Shown one piece after another: positions 54,581 through 64,000 of a stretch of DNA of 64,000 nt (position 1 is its first letter; each line of letters opens with the position of its first letter). The notes under the pieces were generated by a model, which was given only the letters and a program-made list of their open reading frames with translations, was not told where the DNA came from and made no database searches. The translations under genes and the position numbers were made by a program. The DNA is from Candidatus Latescibacterota bacterium (lineage in GTDB: Bacteria > Latescibacterota > UBA2968). The stretch lies in contig OZ220741.1 in the NCBI GenBank assembly GCA_965116885.1, positions 4,864,001-4,928,000 on the forward strand, read 5' to 3'.

Positions 54581-55636
54581 ATGTCTCGCATCGGACGCGC
54601 CGCAGTGATGAGCGGCGAAAAATTTGAAATACGCGAATATCCCGTTCCCGATCCAGAACCGGGATCGATCCTGCTCAAACAAGAACTCGCCGGCATCTGT
54701 GGTACAGATCTGCACAACTGGGAATACCAGCGATTGCAGGGCGAGATCATTCTCGGCCACGAAAATGTCGGCATCATCGACAGCCTGGGATCCGGTGTAG
54801 AAACCGATTATCTGGGCAATCCCATCGCACCCGGAGATCGGGTTCTCTTCGCACCCGGTACAAATAAGGGCGCATACGGTTTTCTACAAGCCGAAGAAGC
54901 CCCTTATTTGCGGGGCGGCTTTGGCGAATACATCTACCTGTGGAACCCCGATTCAGTCGTGCTCAAAACTGATATGCCCGCCGAAGTTGCGGTCATCACC
55001 GAGCCTTTTACCATTGGCGTACACGGCGCAATGCGTTCCGGCTTGCAATTTGGCGACACCGTCGTCGTACAGGGATCGGGAGCCATTGGCCTGCTCACAC
55101 TCGTCGCCGCCAAAGTCAGCGGAGCTGGGCGGCTTATCATGGTCGGCGGTCCCAAAGGCCGTCTGGAACTGGCAGAGCGACTCGGCGCAGACCTCACCAT
55201 CGACATTGCCGATATACCCGATCCTGAAGAACGCACGAAAATTGTGCGCGAAAATACACCCCGAGGCGCAGGCGCCGATGTCGTCTTTGAATGCGCGGGA
55301 TTTTTGCCCGCCATTCCCGAAGGCGTCACATTCCTGCGACACAGCGGCACCTATGTCGCCATGGGCCATTTTGTCGATGTGGGATCTTTTGACTGCAACC
55401 CCAACCAGATGTTTATGCGCCGCAACATGCGCCTCGAAGCCGTGTGGGCAAGCGCGCCCGAACACTTTGTGCGCGCACTCCCCATCCTCGAGCGAAACGA
55501 ATACGCCTTTGCCGACCTCGTCAGCCACACCATACCCATTGACCGCGTAGCCGAAGGATTCAACGCCCTGCACAGCGGATACCATCTCGACGGCAAAGAC
55601 GCGATTAAAATTGCAGTAAAAGGCGGATTGGTATAA
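54581..55636 (+). CDS. Zinc-binding alcohol dehydrogenase family
   Basis: GICGTDLH, LGHE, QGSGAIG, GADVVFECAG. Confidence 0.9.
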   Translation: MSRIGRAAVMSGEKFEIREYPVPDPEPGSILLKQELAGICGTDLHNWEYQRLQGEIILGHENVGIIDSLGSGVETDYLGNPIAPGDRVLFAPGTNKGAYGFLQAEEAPYLRGGFGEYIYLWNPDSVVLKTDMPAEVAVITEPFTIGVHGAMRSGLQFGDTVVVQGSGAIGLLTLVAAKVSGAGRLIMVGGPKGRLELAERLGADLTIDIADIPDPEERTKIVRENTPRGAGADVVFECAGFLPAIPEGVTFLRHSGTYVAMGHFVDVGSFDCNPNQMFMRRNMRLEAVWASAPEHFVRALPILERNEYAFADLVSHTIPIDRVAEGFNALHSGYHLDGKDAIKIAVKGGLV

Positions 55637-55650
55637 AGCAATTATAAAAT

Positions 55651-55688
55651 AAAAAACGGCGATGGACATAAATCCACCGCCGTTTTTT
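55651..55688. terminator. Bidirectional terminator between convergent genes
   Basis: AAAAAACGGCG..TGGA-loop-TCCA..CGCCGTTTTTT. Confidence 0.85.
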
Positions 55689-55702
55689 GGTTTAAGGGTT
55701 AA

Positions 55703-56824
55703 TCAGAAACTGATCGCGGCACTCACCATCTGCACGGGATCGGTGAAAGACGTATTGAAATGCTTGAACGCATAATCAATGCGAACGCCTTTCCCGGCCT
55801 CGGTTTTGTAATCAATACCGGCACCGAACGAATAATCTTCCAGGTCGTGGTTGTTCTTATACCCACCGCGCAGGGCAAAACCCATCGCAGAGGTCGCCTG
55901 CTTGAACCGATATTCTACACCCACAAGCGTGCGCTCGTCGAAATCTATCGGACTGTGGATCTCAGTGACCAGATTCAGATGATGCGGCACAGGGGTTCGG
56001 CCAAACGTCGAAATCAGATCGAAGACAAAACCCAGGCGGAACGACCGGGGCAACTCGAAATGCTCGCGCTGAAACTGAGATTCCCCTCCCGGACTGAAAT
56101 TCCGCACACTCATAGCAATCACCAGATTCCGGAATCCCGTATTGAAGTAGGTCCCGATATCCACGGCAAAAGCATTGAGATCATTCGACTGCGTTTGCCG
56201 ACTACCAGCGACAAAGACCTCACTCGATCCCAGCCCCTGATGGGCAAAACGCGCCATTGCTCCTACCGAGAATCGATCCGTGATCTGAAAACCCCAGCCT
56301 GCGGACAGGGCGTAATTCGTCGTGGTAAATGTACCCGTCTCGGTGAATCCCACACTGGCGGGATCGGGATTGATCGCAGTACCATTAATCTCTCCCGCGC
56401 TGTGCGTGATAAAGCCCACGCCAAAGGTACCGGGTGCATTTGGAATTTTGAAAACCGCGCCAGCAACCTGGTGATTTGTCTCAAAAATCCACCTGGCATA
56501 AGAAAAAAACGCTTGCCGTTCGTGTACAAAACCCAGCAACCCCGGATTGAGAAACACCGCACCCGACGCATCGCCTATCAGACCCGCGCCTGCATCGGCC
56601 ATCGCGGCTCGCCGCGCATCTGTGGAAAATCCGAGAAACACAAAACCGCTCTGCGCGGATTTCACGCCCGAAGGTCTAACTTCTTCCTGATTGGGATAAA
56701 TGGGTTCCAGATCGCGAATCTTTTCGCCGCCGAGAACCCGGGGATCTTCAAATTGTGCATTGGCCTGCACGCCGGAAAGGACGAATGCCAGCAGACAGAC
56801 CCAGATAATATTATGTAATTTCAC
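55703..56824 (-). CDS. PorV/PorQ-family outer-membrane barrel
   Basis: FLGFSTDARRAAMADA, VFLNPGLL, FAVDIGTYFNTGF, LPRSFRLG, LRGGY, IDYAF; terminal F. Confidence 0.85.
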   Translation of the reverse strand: MKLHNIIWVCLLAFVLSGVQANAQFEDPRVLGGEKIRDLEPIYPNQEEVRPSGVKSAQSGFVFLGFSTDARRAAMADAGAGLIGDASGAVFLNPGLLGFVHERQAFFSYARWIFETNHQVAGAVFKIPNAPGTFGVGFITHSAGEINGTAINPDPASVGFTETGTFTTTNYALSAGWGFQITDRFSVGAMARFAHQGLGSSEVFVAGSRQTQSNDLNAFAVDIGTYFNTGFRNLVIAMSVRNFSPGGESQFQREHFELPRSFRLGFVFDLISTFGRTPVPHHLNLVTEIHSPIDFDERTLVGVEYRFKQATSAMGFALRGGYKNNHDLEDYSFGAGIDYKTEAGKGVRIDYAFKHFNTSFTDPVQMVSAAISF

Positions 56825-56850
56825 AACAGCCTCCTCGTCTGAATGCGAGC

Positions 56851-59070
56851 CTATCGAATAACCACGAACTTCTCGATATCGGTTTCGCCCGTGTCGGGAT
56901 TGGTAATATGCGCTACGTACACGCCACTCACAATGAACTGGTTGTTGTCATTTGCCATCAACGGCCACTCCTCGTCGCCCGAACCCGAAACGTGATCAAT
57001 GCGCGTAACCAGGTCGCCCTGAAGCGTAAAGATCCGGATAATAGCCCGAGCGGGCAGATTCACAAAGAGCAACTTGTTGGGCTGCCCCGTGAAGTTAAAA
57101 CCGCCATCCGACAAATTACCACCCAAAATACTGTAGGGATTGGGCACGACGCGAACGCTTGTCAGATCGTTGACAGGAGCCGAAAATGGACTCACGCCAT
57201 CGCCGAGACCACGCGTGGCAAAAATACTGCTCTCTTGCCCATCGGCATCCACAGCCGTAACCGCGTAGAAATACCGCTCGCCGCGCACGACATCTGTGTC
57301 GATATGGCTGGTTCCCGTAATGAGCGTATTGCCATTGACCGGTATTGGCGGGTCGGGCAAATTGGTTTGATGACCGACCATCTTGTAGAGATTGTAACCC
57401 ACGGCATCGGAAACCGCTGACCATTCGATCTCATTTTGCGCGGGACCCGATTTGTAAGCCACATTGGAAGGCCACGACGGACCGAGGGGAAGACTCGGCG
57501 CCATCCCGATGGGCCACGACACTTCCTTGCCCTGCACAGTGCCGTTGACCGTGCGGCGATTTGCCCATGCCTGTCGCGCCAGTTCCACGCCCTGCATCAG
57601 CGAGTCTTGACCGCTATTGAGAAAAGCCTCTTTCTGCTCAAAGGAAATCGAACCATTGGCCCACTGCGCGCCAACGCGCTTGTTCTCATCTGTATGTGGA
57701 CCAGCTATGACCCAGGCTTCTACGATATGAACCCATTCCCCGGGTTTCATATCCCACGGTCCCCAGGTCATCTGAAATGCCCACATATCGACAGACGTGG
57801 GTTGGTGGTCGGGGGCGTCACTCTGGAAAATGCGTTGATCGCGCGTCGTCCCCGGCTCCACTATGAAGTCATAGACTTCGGCGCGGGCATTTCCATCTGA
57901 CGAGACCCAGTTGGAACCATTGACGCGCTTTATCAAACGGGGTTGAGAAGTTTCAGAGTTCGGGTCGTTGATAAACCAGTTGTTCCCATCGGACAAATCT
58001 TCAAAAGTCGTGGGATTTTGCGAGACGTAGAGCCAGACCTTGCCCTTGTATTCGGACTCTAAAAACTCGCCAGACGAGATCCGCGCTGCCTTGGCCAGTT
58101 CGAGAGCCCCGTGACCTTCAGCAGGTGCGGGTTCGCCGCGATCATCGCCATCCGGACGATATCCAGCTTTGTTGGCTGAATCGGCGTCTCGCGCATAGAA
58201 GAGCTTTTGCTCGTCGTCGTAAAAATAAAGCTCATCCCATTCGCCGAGCGCGCCGAGATTTGCCGTGAAGTGGCGTGCACCTACCTCTACTGCGCCCTCA
58301 TTCCGCACCTCGCCGGCCGGACCTTGCCCACCGCCTCTCTGGATATACGCGTTTTGCCCGATATATAGATTCTTAAACACCGGATTTGCCGTGCTCGACT
58401 CGGGGCTCGGCGCAGACCCGCGCGCGCCTACTCTTGAATCGGGAACATTGGGCGGATCGGGACGGCCATAACTCCGGATCAGAATAAACATCTCATCCTG
58501 CTCTGGACTTTGCCAAGCATAGAGCCTGCGCCGCTCCGTGAGACCACCCGCATACCCCACTTCGAGCGGGATTAACAGATCGGCAGTCAGATCTGGGATC
58601 ACCTGATCGAGGCGGTCGGGAAAAATTGTCCACAGCGTCTGCGACAAATTCACGCCATCCTGCGTAACAGTTGGCGGCTGGTTGCGATAAATTTTTGGCG
58701 TAAGACCATCGCCGAGTTCAAAATGCGTGCGCGTAAAATCTCGCGCGTCTTCCTTATAGTCATTTACAAATTTTGTAAATGGCTTGCCCAACAACTCGGG
58801 CTGGTCGCCCTGAAATGGTTCAAAATAGGAAGGAACATTAAAATCTTCTATGGCAAACTGCCACCACCCGTCCATCACCTGCGCATTTACAGTACGGACA
58901 TCGGGATTGGTGACGCCCGTCGCCCGTCCACCTGGGGAATTCATGACGACAAAATAGTCGATACTGGGCCAGGACCCCCACATCCTTCCGATCCATTGTG
59001 CGCTGGCATCGCTCAATGGCATGAGCAAAGCAGCGAACACCAGAAGTGTTGTAAATCGTCTTTGTATCAC
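56851..59070 (-). CDS. Secreted protein with fibronectin type III domain and T9SS-like C-terminal domain
   Basis: Signal peptide; FnIII W..GYNLY..YFYAVTAVD; C-terminal VRVVPNPY..LLFVNLP..IRIFTLQGDLV..SGVY..KFVVIR. Confidence 0.8.
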   Translation of the reverse strand: MIQRRFTTLLVFAALLMPLSDASAQWIGRMWGSWPSIDYFVVMNSPGGRATGVTNPDVRTVNAQVMDGWWQFAIEDFNVPSYFEPFQGDQPELLGKPFTKFVNDYKEDARDFTRTHFELGDGLTPKIYRNQPPTVTQDGVNLSQTLWTIFPDRLDQVIPDLTADLLIPLEVGYAGGLTERRRLYAWQSPEQDEMFILIRSYGRPDPPNVPDSRVGARGSAPSPESSTANPVFKNLYIGQNAYIQRGGGQGPAGEVRNEGAVEVGARHFTANLGALGEWDELYFYDDEQKLFYARDADSANKAGYRPDGDDRGEPAPAEGHGALELAKAARISSGEFLESEYKGKVWLYVSQNPTTFEDLSDGNNWFINDPNSETSQPRLIKRVNGSNWVSSDGNARAEVYDFIVEPGTTRDQRIFQSDAPDHQPTSVDMWAFQMTWGPWDMKPGEWVHIVEAWVIAGPHTDENKRVGAQWANGSISFEQKEAFLNSGQDSLMQGVELARQAWANRRTVNGTVQGKEVSWPIGMAPSLPLGPSWPSNVAYKSGPAQNEIEWSAVSDAVGYNLYKMVGHQTNLPDPPIPVNGNTLITGTSHIDTDVVRGERYFYAVTAVDADGQESSIFATRGLGDGVSPFSAPVNDLTSVRVVPNPYSILGGNLSDGGFNFTGQPNKLLFVNLPARAIIRIFTLQGDLVTRIDHVSGSGDEEWPLMANDNNQFIVSGVYVAHITNPDTGETDIEKFVVIR

Positions 59071-59100
59071 ATTTCTCTCCTATACATTAAAAGAAAAAGA

Positions 59101-59154
59101 TGCCCTCCCAGCCCTTCCCCGCACAGGCGAAGCCCAAACGGGGAAGGAGGGGCA
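59101..59154 (-). terminator. Intra-operon hairpin/terminator after the receptor gene
   Basis: TGCCC..CCTTCCCCG / CGGGGAAGG..GGGCA stem followed by TCTTTTTCTTTT on the minus strand. Confidence 0.55.
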
Positions 59155-59179
59155 GATCCCAAGAAATTAGAATAGCTTC

Positions 59180-62100
59180 TTAGAAACTAAACCTGGCGCC
59201 AAACGTAATGTCTCGCCGGTCACTAAAGAGGAGCGAAGGACGTCGCATATCCGGGAAATCCAAGACATCGGTACCCGGTCGCTTGCCTTCTTGCAACTTG
59301 CCATTTGAATCTACCGTCCAGCCTATCGATTCCATGTACGCGCGGAAGCGGTTGCCAGTACTCGTGCCTTGATATACAAAGGCCTGGCCACCGCCGAAGC
59401 TCCCCACGCCTCCTCTGGGTGTATCTTCGGGCGCAGTCCCAAAAATGTCGGTGCGATTGCCGCCGCCCAGGGTGTGCGTATTTTGGAAGTTGAGCGGGTT
59501 GGAAATTTCTATGAACAGCATAGGCGATCCCGGCATATCGAACATCTTGGAAATACGCAGGTGCGCGGCATATTCATCAACCCACTGCGCGTTGAGCACA
59601 TTGATCAGCGAAGCATCTGCATTGCCCGGGTTGTAGTTAAACCACTCTCCCGCCTCGCGATCAAAGTAGAAACCGAGATTCCAGCCGCCCTTGAGCAGAC
59701 GCTGTTCGCCGCCGTAATCGAGGGGCGTTCGGAAATTGCCGCCCAACTTTATCTGGGGCTTTGCCTTGAATGGCGGCGCGGCATTGTTCGGGCTACTCTC
59801 AAGCACAGTTCTCGAAGGCGTTGAAACCGTCTTCGCATCGCGGATATCTTGCCACGCAGTGTTGCGAACCCGCGCCTGGCGAATATCATAAGACAAGAAA
59901 CCGGTAAAGAACTGGCCCCGCGTCTTCTGCAACTTCAACTCCAGCCCGCGCGCATCAGTCACAAAGGCATTTTGCGTGTTGCGAGGCGCACCCGTATTAA
60001 ATGCGCCCCTGATCCGCACGGCAGGCCAGGCTTCGTTCTCGCCATCTTTGAAATAAACCGTTCCCGTCAAAAGATACTGACCCTGGAAGCTGCGTTCATA
60101 TCCCATTTCATACTGAATCGTGCGCTCCATCTTCATCCACGGATTGCCAAAAAACTCCAGCGACTGTCCCAAACCGCTCTGCGTGCGATACATATCGCGC
60201 GTATTCACAATCTGGTTAAAGTGCCCGTAGTTGATGAACATTTTGCTCAAATCCGTAATCGGATAAGACGCGCCAAAACGGGGGCTGAAAGCCCAATCGG
60301 TTGGCGGGCGCACCTTGCGCACCGCGCGATAAACAGCTTCGGCATCTCTGCCAAACCACGGGAAATGGGTTTCATTGGGAAGGTCGAAGTAAAGGTCGGG
60401 ACGATGCCAATCCAGACGAACACCGGCATTGACCACGATATCGCGATACTCCATCCTGTCCTGGAAAAAGACACCGCCGAAGATCGGGGTTTTCACAAAA
60501 TAGTTGTTGTGGTCACCCGTCGCGCCGCCCGAAGGCACATCGGATTCATTGAAAACGCCATCCCCGTTGATATCGCCACCGTTGGGCAAGTCCGGATCGC
60601 TGCGTCCGGTCCACGGAAAGATCACGTCGTCGGTTGAACTGACGCGCGGGCCTTCGTATTCATCCCTGTAAATGGGATCGCTGAATTCGGGAACTGCGGC
60701 TGGCACCATACCCCGGTTTTCGTGCAAATTGAAATGATGCACCTGAACACCGGCTTTAATCTGGTGATGCGGGGTAATCTGGCTGGTGAAATCAGCCGTA
60801 ATATCGAGATCATCCATGGTGGACCAGTCGCCTGCACGGCTATTGCCGCCACCGCCCTGCATGCGGAAAAGATTGAGAATATCATTGCCACCGGGCTTGT
60901 AATTCCAGCCAAAGGGTGCTTCGTTTAGAACCACGGCACCCCGCGCTCTGGCCGCATCGGCACTATTCTCATCGACCGGTTCCATCGAACCATCTGTATG
61001 GATAGCCATTGCGGGCGCATTGGTCAGTTTTTGCGGATGCCATTGCGTGGTCCAATCCGCACCGCCAAATCGCGCCGTCAAGTTGTAAAACGTCTTGGCA
61101 GACAAAGTGTGTGTCCAGGAGACCAACCCGTGATTGCGCTCAATTTGCATCTTCTGGAATTCGGCAGCGGGCATAAACATGCGCGAATGGTTATAGTTCT
61201 CAAAAACCGCCTGCTGTGTGCGCTGTGGCACGCCCACATTATTGCCCTGATGGCTCCCGTGCTGGAAGCCCCGGATATACTGCACACTCAATTTGGTCGT
61301 GGCAGTGGGGGTAAACGTCAGCTTGAGTTGTGTGGTATTGTCCCGATAAGAAACCGTGGCCACATCAAAGGGATAGGCCATGCGCTCCTTGCGGCTCGAC
61401 GCCGTGAACCCCACCTTGTCCTTCAAAATTGGGCCACCAACCGTAATATCCCACAAATAATCGTAATCGCGGTCTTCCGGGTTTGCGTTAAATGGACCGT
61501 CGGCATACGGGTCGTCTCCGTCATGACTGCGATGCTGCCAGGCCCATATCCCCCTGGCCTGCTCAACAGTGGTAATGGGATCCTTGCCACTTACGCCAGC
61601 CGTCCATTGTTTGCCACCGGCTGTGCGATTTGCGAGTTCCTGGTTCCAGCCAATAAAGTCCGGCTCGCCATCTCCATTGCGGTCTTCAGTAGGACTATTG
61701 GACTGAAAACGCCCCACATCCCACCAGTTTTCTTCAGAATAGAGATTTGGTCCAAAGTGCTTCTTGCCAGCGGGATTGTACGTGCCTTCTGCCGAAATAA
61801 AAAACTGGCTGGGTTCTTTGGTCACAAAGTTCACGACTCCACCGCGGATATTCCCGTATTCGGCATTAAAACCGCCTGTGAGCACCTGAACCTGCTTGAT
61901 CGCGGTCTTCGAAAAAGATGTATAAGCGCGCTGATGGCGATTGTCAGCCGCGGTCACGCCGTCCATATTAAAACCGATTTTCATGGCGTTTTCACCGCGA
62001 ATGGTAATACCCCATGCATCTTTATCTAACCCCACCTGTGTGGTGACTTGGTCCCGAATGCGCGCACCAACGGGAATTGTTTCGAGTTGCTCCTGCGTAA

Positions 62101-62530
62101 TCGCCTGCTGTGCATACGATACATCCATCTGCACGGGATCGAGATCGGCTGTCACCACAATAGCGTCCAACTCGACCGTCGATTCTTTGAGTTGGAAGTC
62201 AACCGTTGCAGTGCGATCTAAAAGCACTTCCACCTCGGTCTTGGAAACGCTCTGATAACCCACGAGGGAAGCCCGCACTTCGTAAATGCCTGGCGACACG
62301 CGCAAAATAAAATACTCGCCGTTGACATCGACCGTCGCGCCCATCTTTGTACCTACCACCACGACATTGGCCCCGGGCAACGGCTCGCCAGAATCTGCGT
62401 CTGTAACGCGCCCGGCGATCTTCCCCGTGGTCTGCGCATGCAACCCAACCGGCAAGGCAAGCAACACTGTACACAACAGTGCCACCCAAAATCCCGGCGG
62501 ACGAAAAACATCGCTGTAAACGTTCTTCAT
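59180..62530 (-). CDS. Large TonB-dependent receptor (CarboxypepD_reg N-domain)
   Basis: TTGKIAGRVTD..GEPLPGANV, IRG, TGGFNAEYG, SPRFGASYPIT; terminal FSF. Confidence 0.93.
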   Translation of the reverse strand: MKNVYSDVFRPPGFWVALLCTVLLALPVGLHAQTTGKIAGRVTDADSGEPLPGANVVVVGTKMGATVDVNGEYFILRVSPGIYEVRASLVGYQSVSKTEVEVLLDRTATVDFQLKESTVELDAIVVTADLDPVQMDVSYAQQAITQEQLETIPVGARIRDQVTTQVGLDKDAWGITIRGENAMKIGFNMDGVTAADNRHQRAYTSFSKTAIKQVQVLTGGFNAEYGNIRGGVVNFVTKEPSQFFISAEGTYNPAGKKHFGPNLYSEENWWDVGRFQSNSPTEDRNGDGEPDFIGWNQELANRTAGGKQWTAGVSGKDPITTVEQARGIWAWQHRSHDGDDPYADGPFNANPEDRDYDYLWDITVGGPILKDKVGFTASSRKERMAYPFDVATVSYRDNTTQLKLTFTPTATTKLSVQYIRGFQHGSHQGNNVGVPQRTQQAVFENYNHSRMFMPAAEFQKMQIERNHGLVSWTHTLSAKTFYNLTARFGGADWTTQWHPQKLTNAPAMAIHTDGSMEPVDENSADAARARGAVVLNEAPFGWNYKPGGNDILNLFRMQGGGGNSRAGDWSTMDDLDITADFTSQITPHHQIKAGVQVHHFNLHENRGMVPAAVPEFSDPIYRDEYEGPRVSSTDDVIFPWTGRSDPDLPNGGDINGDGVFNESDVPSGGATGDHNNYFVKTPIFGGVFFQDRMEYRDIVVNAGVRLDWHRPDLYFDLPNETHFPWFGRDAEAVYRAVRKVRPPTDWAFSPRFGASYPITDLSKMFINYGHFNQIVNTRDMYRTQSGLGQSLEFFGNPWMKMERTIQYEMGYERSFQGQYLLTGTVYFKDGENEAWPAVRIRGAFNTGAPRNTQNAFVTDARGLELKLQKTRGQFFTGFLSYDIRQARVRNTAWQDIRDAKTVSTPSRTVLESSPNNAAPPFKAKPQIKLGGNFRTPLDYGGEQRLLKGGWNLGFYFDREAGEWFNYNPGNADASLINVLNAQWVDEYAAHLRISKMFDMPGSPMLFIEISNPLNFQNTHTLGGGNRTDIFGTAPEDTPRGGVGSFGGGQAFVYQGTSTGNRFRAYMESIGWTVDSNGKLQEGKRPGTDVLDFPDMRRPSLLFSDRRDITFGARFSF

Positions 62531-62724
62531 AGCTCTACCTCCTTTAGGAGTGAAAAAACTGCGACGAAAAAACGATACTGTTTTATGATTCTATATGAAA
62601 TATAAGTTTATGGACTCCAATTCCCATTGTCAAGTGAAAGTTCACCCATTATCTTACAAAAAAATAAAGAATTTAGTAAATATCAAACCCCCGCGAAATC
62701 CACCCTTAAACAGGTCCTCGAAAA

Positions 62725-64000
62725 ATGAAACTCTCCTCCGTCAACACCACCGACATCACCGACGCAATCCGCCTGGGCTGCCAAATGATGAGCAATGTCT
62801 TCAACGCAGACGACAACGACATACCCTTCTTCAGTTCCGAAGTCAGCCCAGATCCGCAACTGCGGTTCAGCGGCGTCCACACCGAGTCACACGTGCCCGG
62901 CCGACACCTCAACGCATTGCTCAACGCCGAAGACGCGGGCAACATATCTGTGGATCCCAATGCAATTGAAAAACACGCCAACGCCGCATTCTTCTCCTAC
63001 AGCGGACCGGTCGCACTACCCCTCAACCGCACAGAGATCGATGGACCTGTCAACAGCTTCACAACCCACAACGTGCGCGAAGGCTTCCACGCCCTGTACT
63101 CGCTGGTCAAATACAGAAATTCCGATCGCGCACGCGAAATTGCCGAGAACAGCATCCGGGACATATTCGAGCTATTCAAACCGGATTCGGGTTGGGACTT
63201 CGACCGCCTCGAGAATGAGCACGGCATCGAAGTGCGCGAGAACACCTTCATCACCGGAATCGCGCGATCAATCGGCCCCCTCGTCAAATACTACCGCGCC
63301 ACGGGCTACGGACCTGCACTCGAACTCGCCGTAATCCTGAAAGAAAAAACGACCCGCGAATTCTTCCTCGAATCGGGCGCTTACGACCGCGAGAGCTTTG
63401 GACCGCATACCCATTCGACCACATGCGTCATGTCTTCGCTCGCACAACTCGCAGACCTTCTCGATGACGCGCGACTGCTCAACCGAGTCAAGGCATTTTA
63501 CGACAATGGGCTATGGGAAATTCGCGATGAAATAGGATGGGTAATTGAAAATAGTGGAGATAATGCGAGTCCAGATCGCGGAGAGATCAACAACACGGGC
63601 GATATTGTCGAAACAGCCCTGATACTGGGCAGAAAGGGATATACCGAATACTTCGAAGACGCCGAGCGCATCACGCGATGTCACATATTGCCCTCGCAAT
63701 TGCGCGACAACAGCTTCATCGAAGACCCGCCGAACCCCCACAACATAGACGGGCTTCATCAGGTCGCAGACCGGCATCTCGGCGGCTTTGGCTTCCCCGC
63801 CCCCTATGGTCACGCGCCCCTCGGCTTCGAGCGGATCAGCTTCAACACGGACATCGTAGGCGGGGGCGTCGGCTCACTCTGCGAAGTCCTCCGCGAAGCC
63901 GTACGCACCGAATCCTCAATCCACCGGGTGAATCTCCACTTCGATCATGAAACCGAACATATCAAGGTCGAATCACCCTACACAAACGACTGCCTGAGAA
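62725..64000 (+). CDS. Hypothetical protein, possibly six-hairpin glycosidase-like (GH127-related); runs off window end and is missing from the ORF track
   Basis: Open frame from ATG 62725 (MKLSSVNTTDITDAIRLGC..HVPGRHLNALL..HNVREGFHAL..HTHSTT..GEINNTGD..); family call is tentative. Confidence 0.65.
   Translation, partial: MKLSSVNTTDITDAIRLGCQMMSNVFNADDNDIPFFSSEVSPDPQLRFSGVHTESHVPGRHLNALLNAEDAGNISVDPNAIEKHANAAFFSYSGPVALPLNRTEIDGPVNSFTTHNVREGFHALYSLVKYRNSDRAREIAENSIRDIFELFKPDSGWDFDRLENEHGIEVRENTFITGIARSIGPLVKYYRATGYGPALELAVILKEKTTREFFLESGAYDRESFGPHTHSTTCVMSSLAQLADLLDDARLLNRVKAFYDNGLWEIRDEIGWVIENSGDNASPDRGEINNTGDIVETALILGRKGYTEYFEDAERITRCHILPSQLRDNSFIEDPPNPHNIDGLHQVADRHLGGFGFPAPYGHAPLGFERISFNTDIVGGGVGSLCEVLREAVRTESSIHRVNLHFDHETEHIKVESPYTNDCLR

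Overview
A 64 kb bacterial chromosomal window. The PorU-like C25 peptidase, PorV-like barrel, CarboxypepD-type TonB-dependent receptors and multiple PhyH, Gfo/Idh/MocA and Zn-dehydrogenase genes suggest a non-Bacteroidetes FCB-group organism such as Latescibacterota (inference only). The standout feature is a terminator-bounded three-gene unit on the minus strand (about 2155-7397). It encodes an ECF sigma factor with its own ECF-type promoter, a helical/TPR protein, and a ~1060-aa single-chain miniature RNA polymerase-like protein. That protein carries conserved blocks of bacterial RpoB followed in frame by blocks of RpoC. It keeps the NxDFDGD catalytic loop, the beta ED/K/K/R/H active-site residues and the sigma-binding clamp helices, but lacks the flap, beta' zinc finger, rudder, trigger loop and jaw. 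The rest of the window holds BlaI/BlaR1-TonB, a DksA-type zinc-finger gene, nadC, an MjaI-type R-M pair, uvrB, catabolic oxidoreductases, a glycosylation locus ending in a 1.9-kaa C25 peptidase, two TonB-dependent receptor loci, tRNA-Thr(CGT) with an MNT-HEPN pair, peptidases, prmA, a Phd-VapC module and gmd. All family assignments come from motif recognition by eye; no searches were run.
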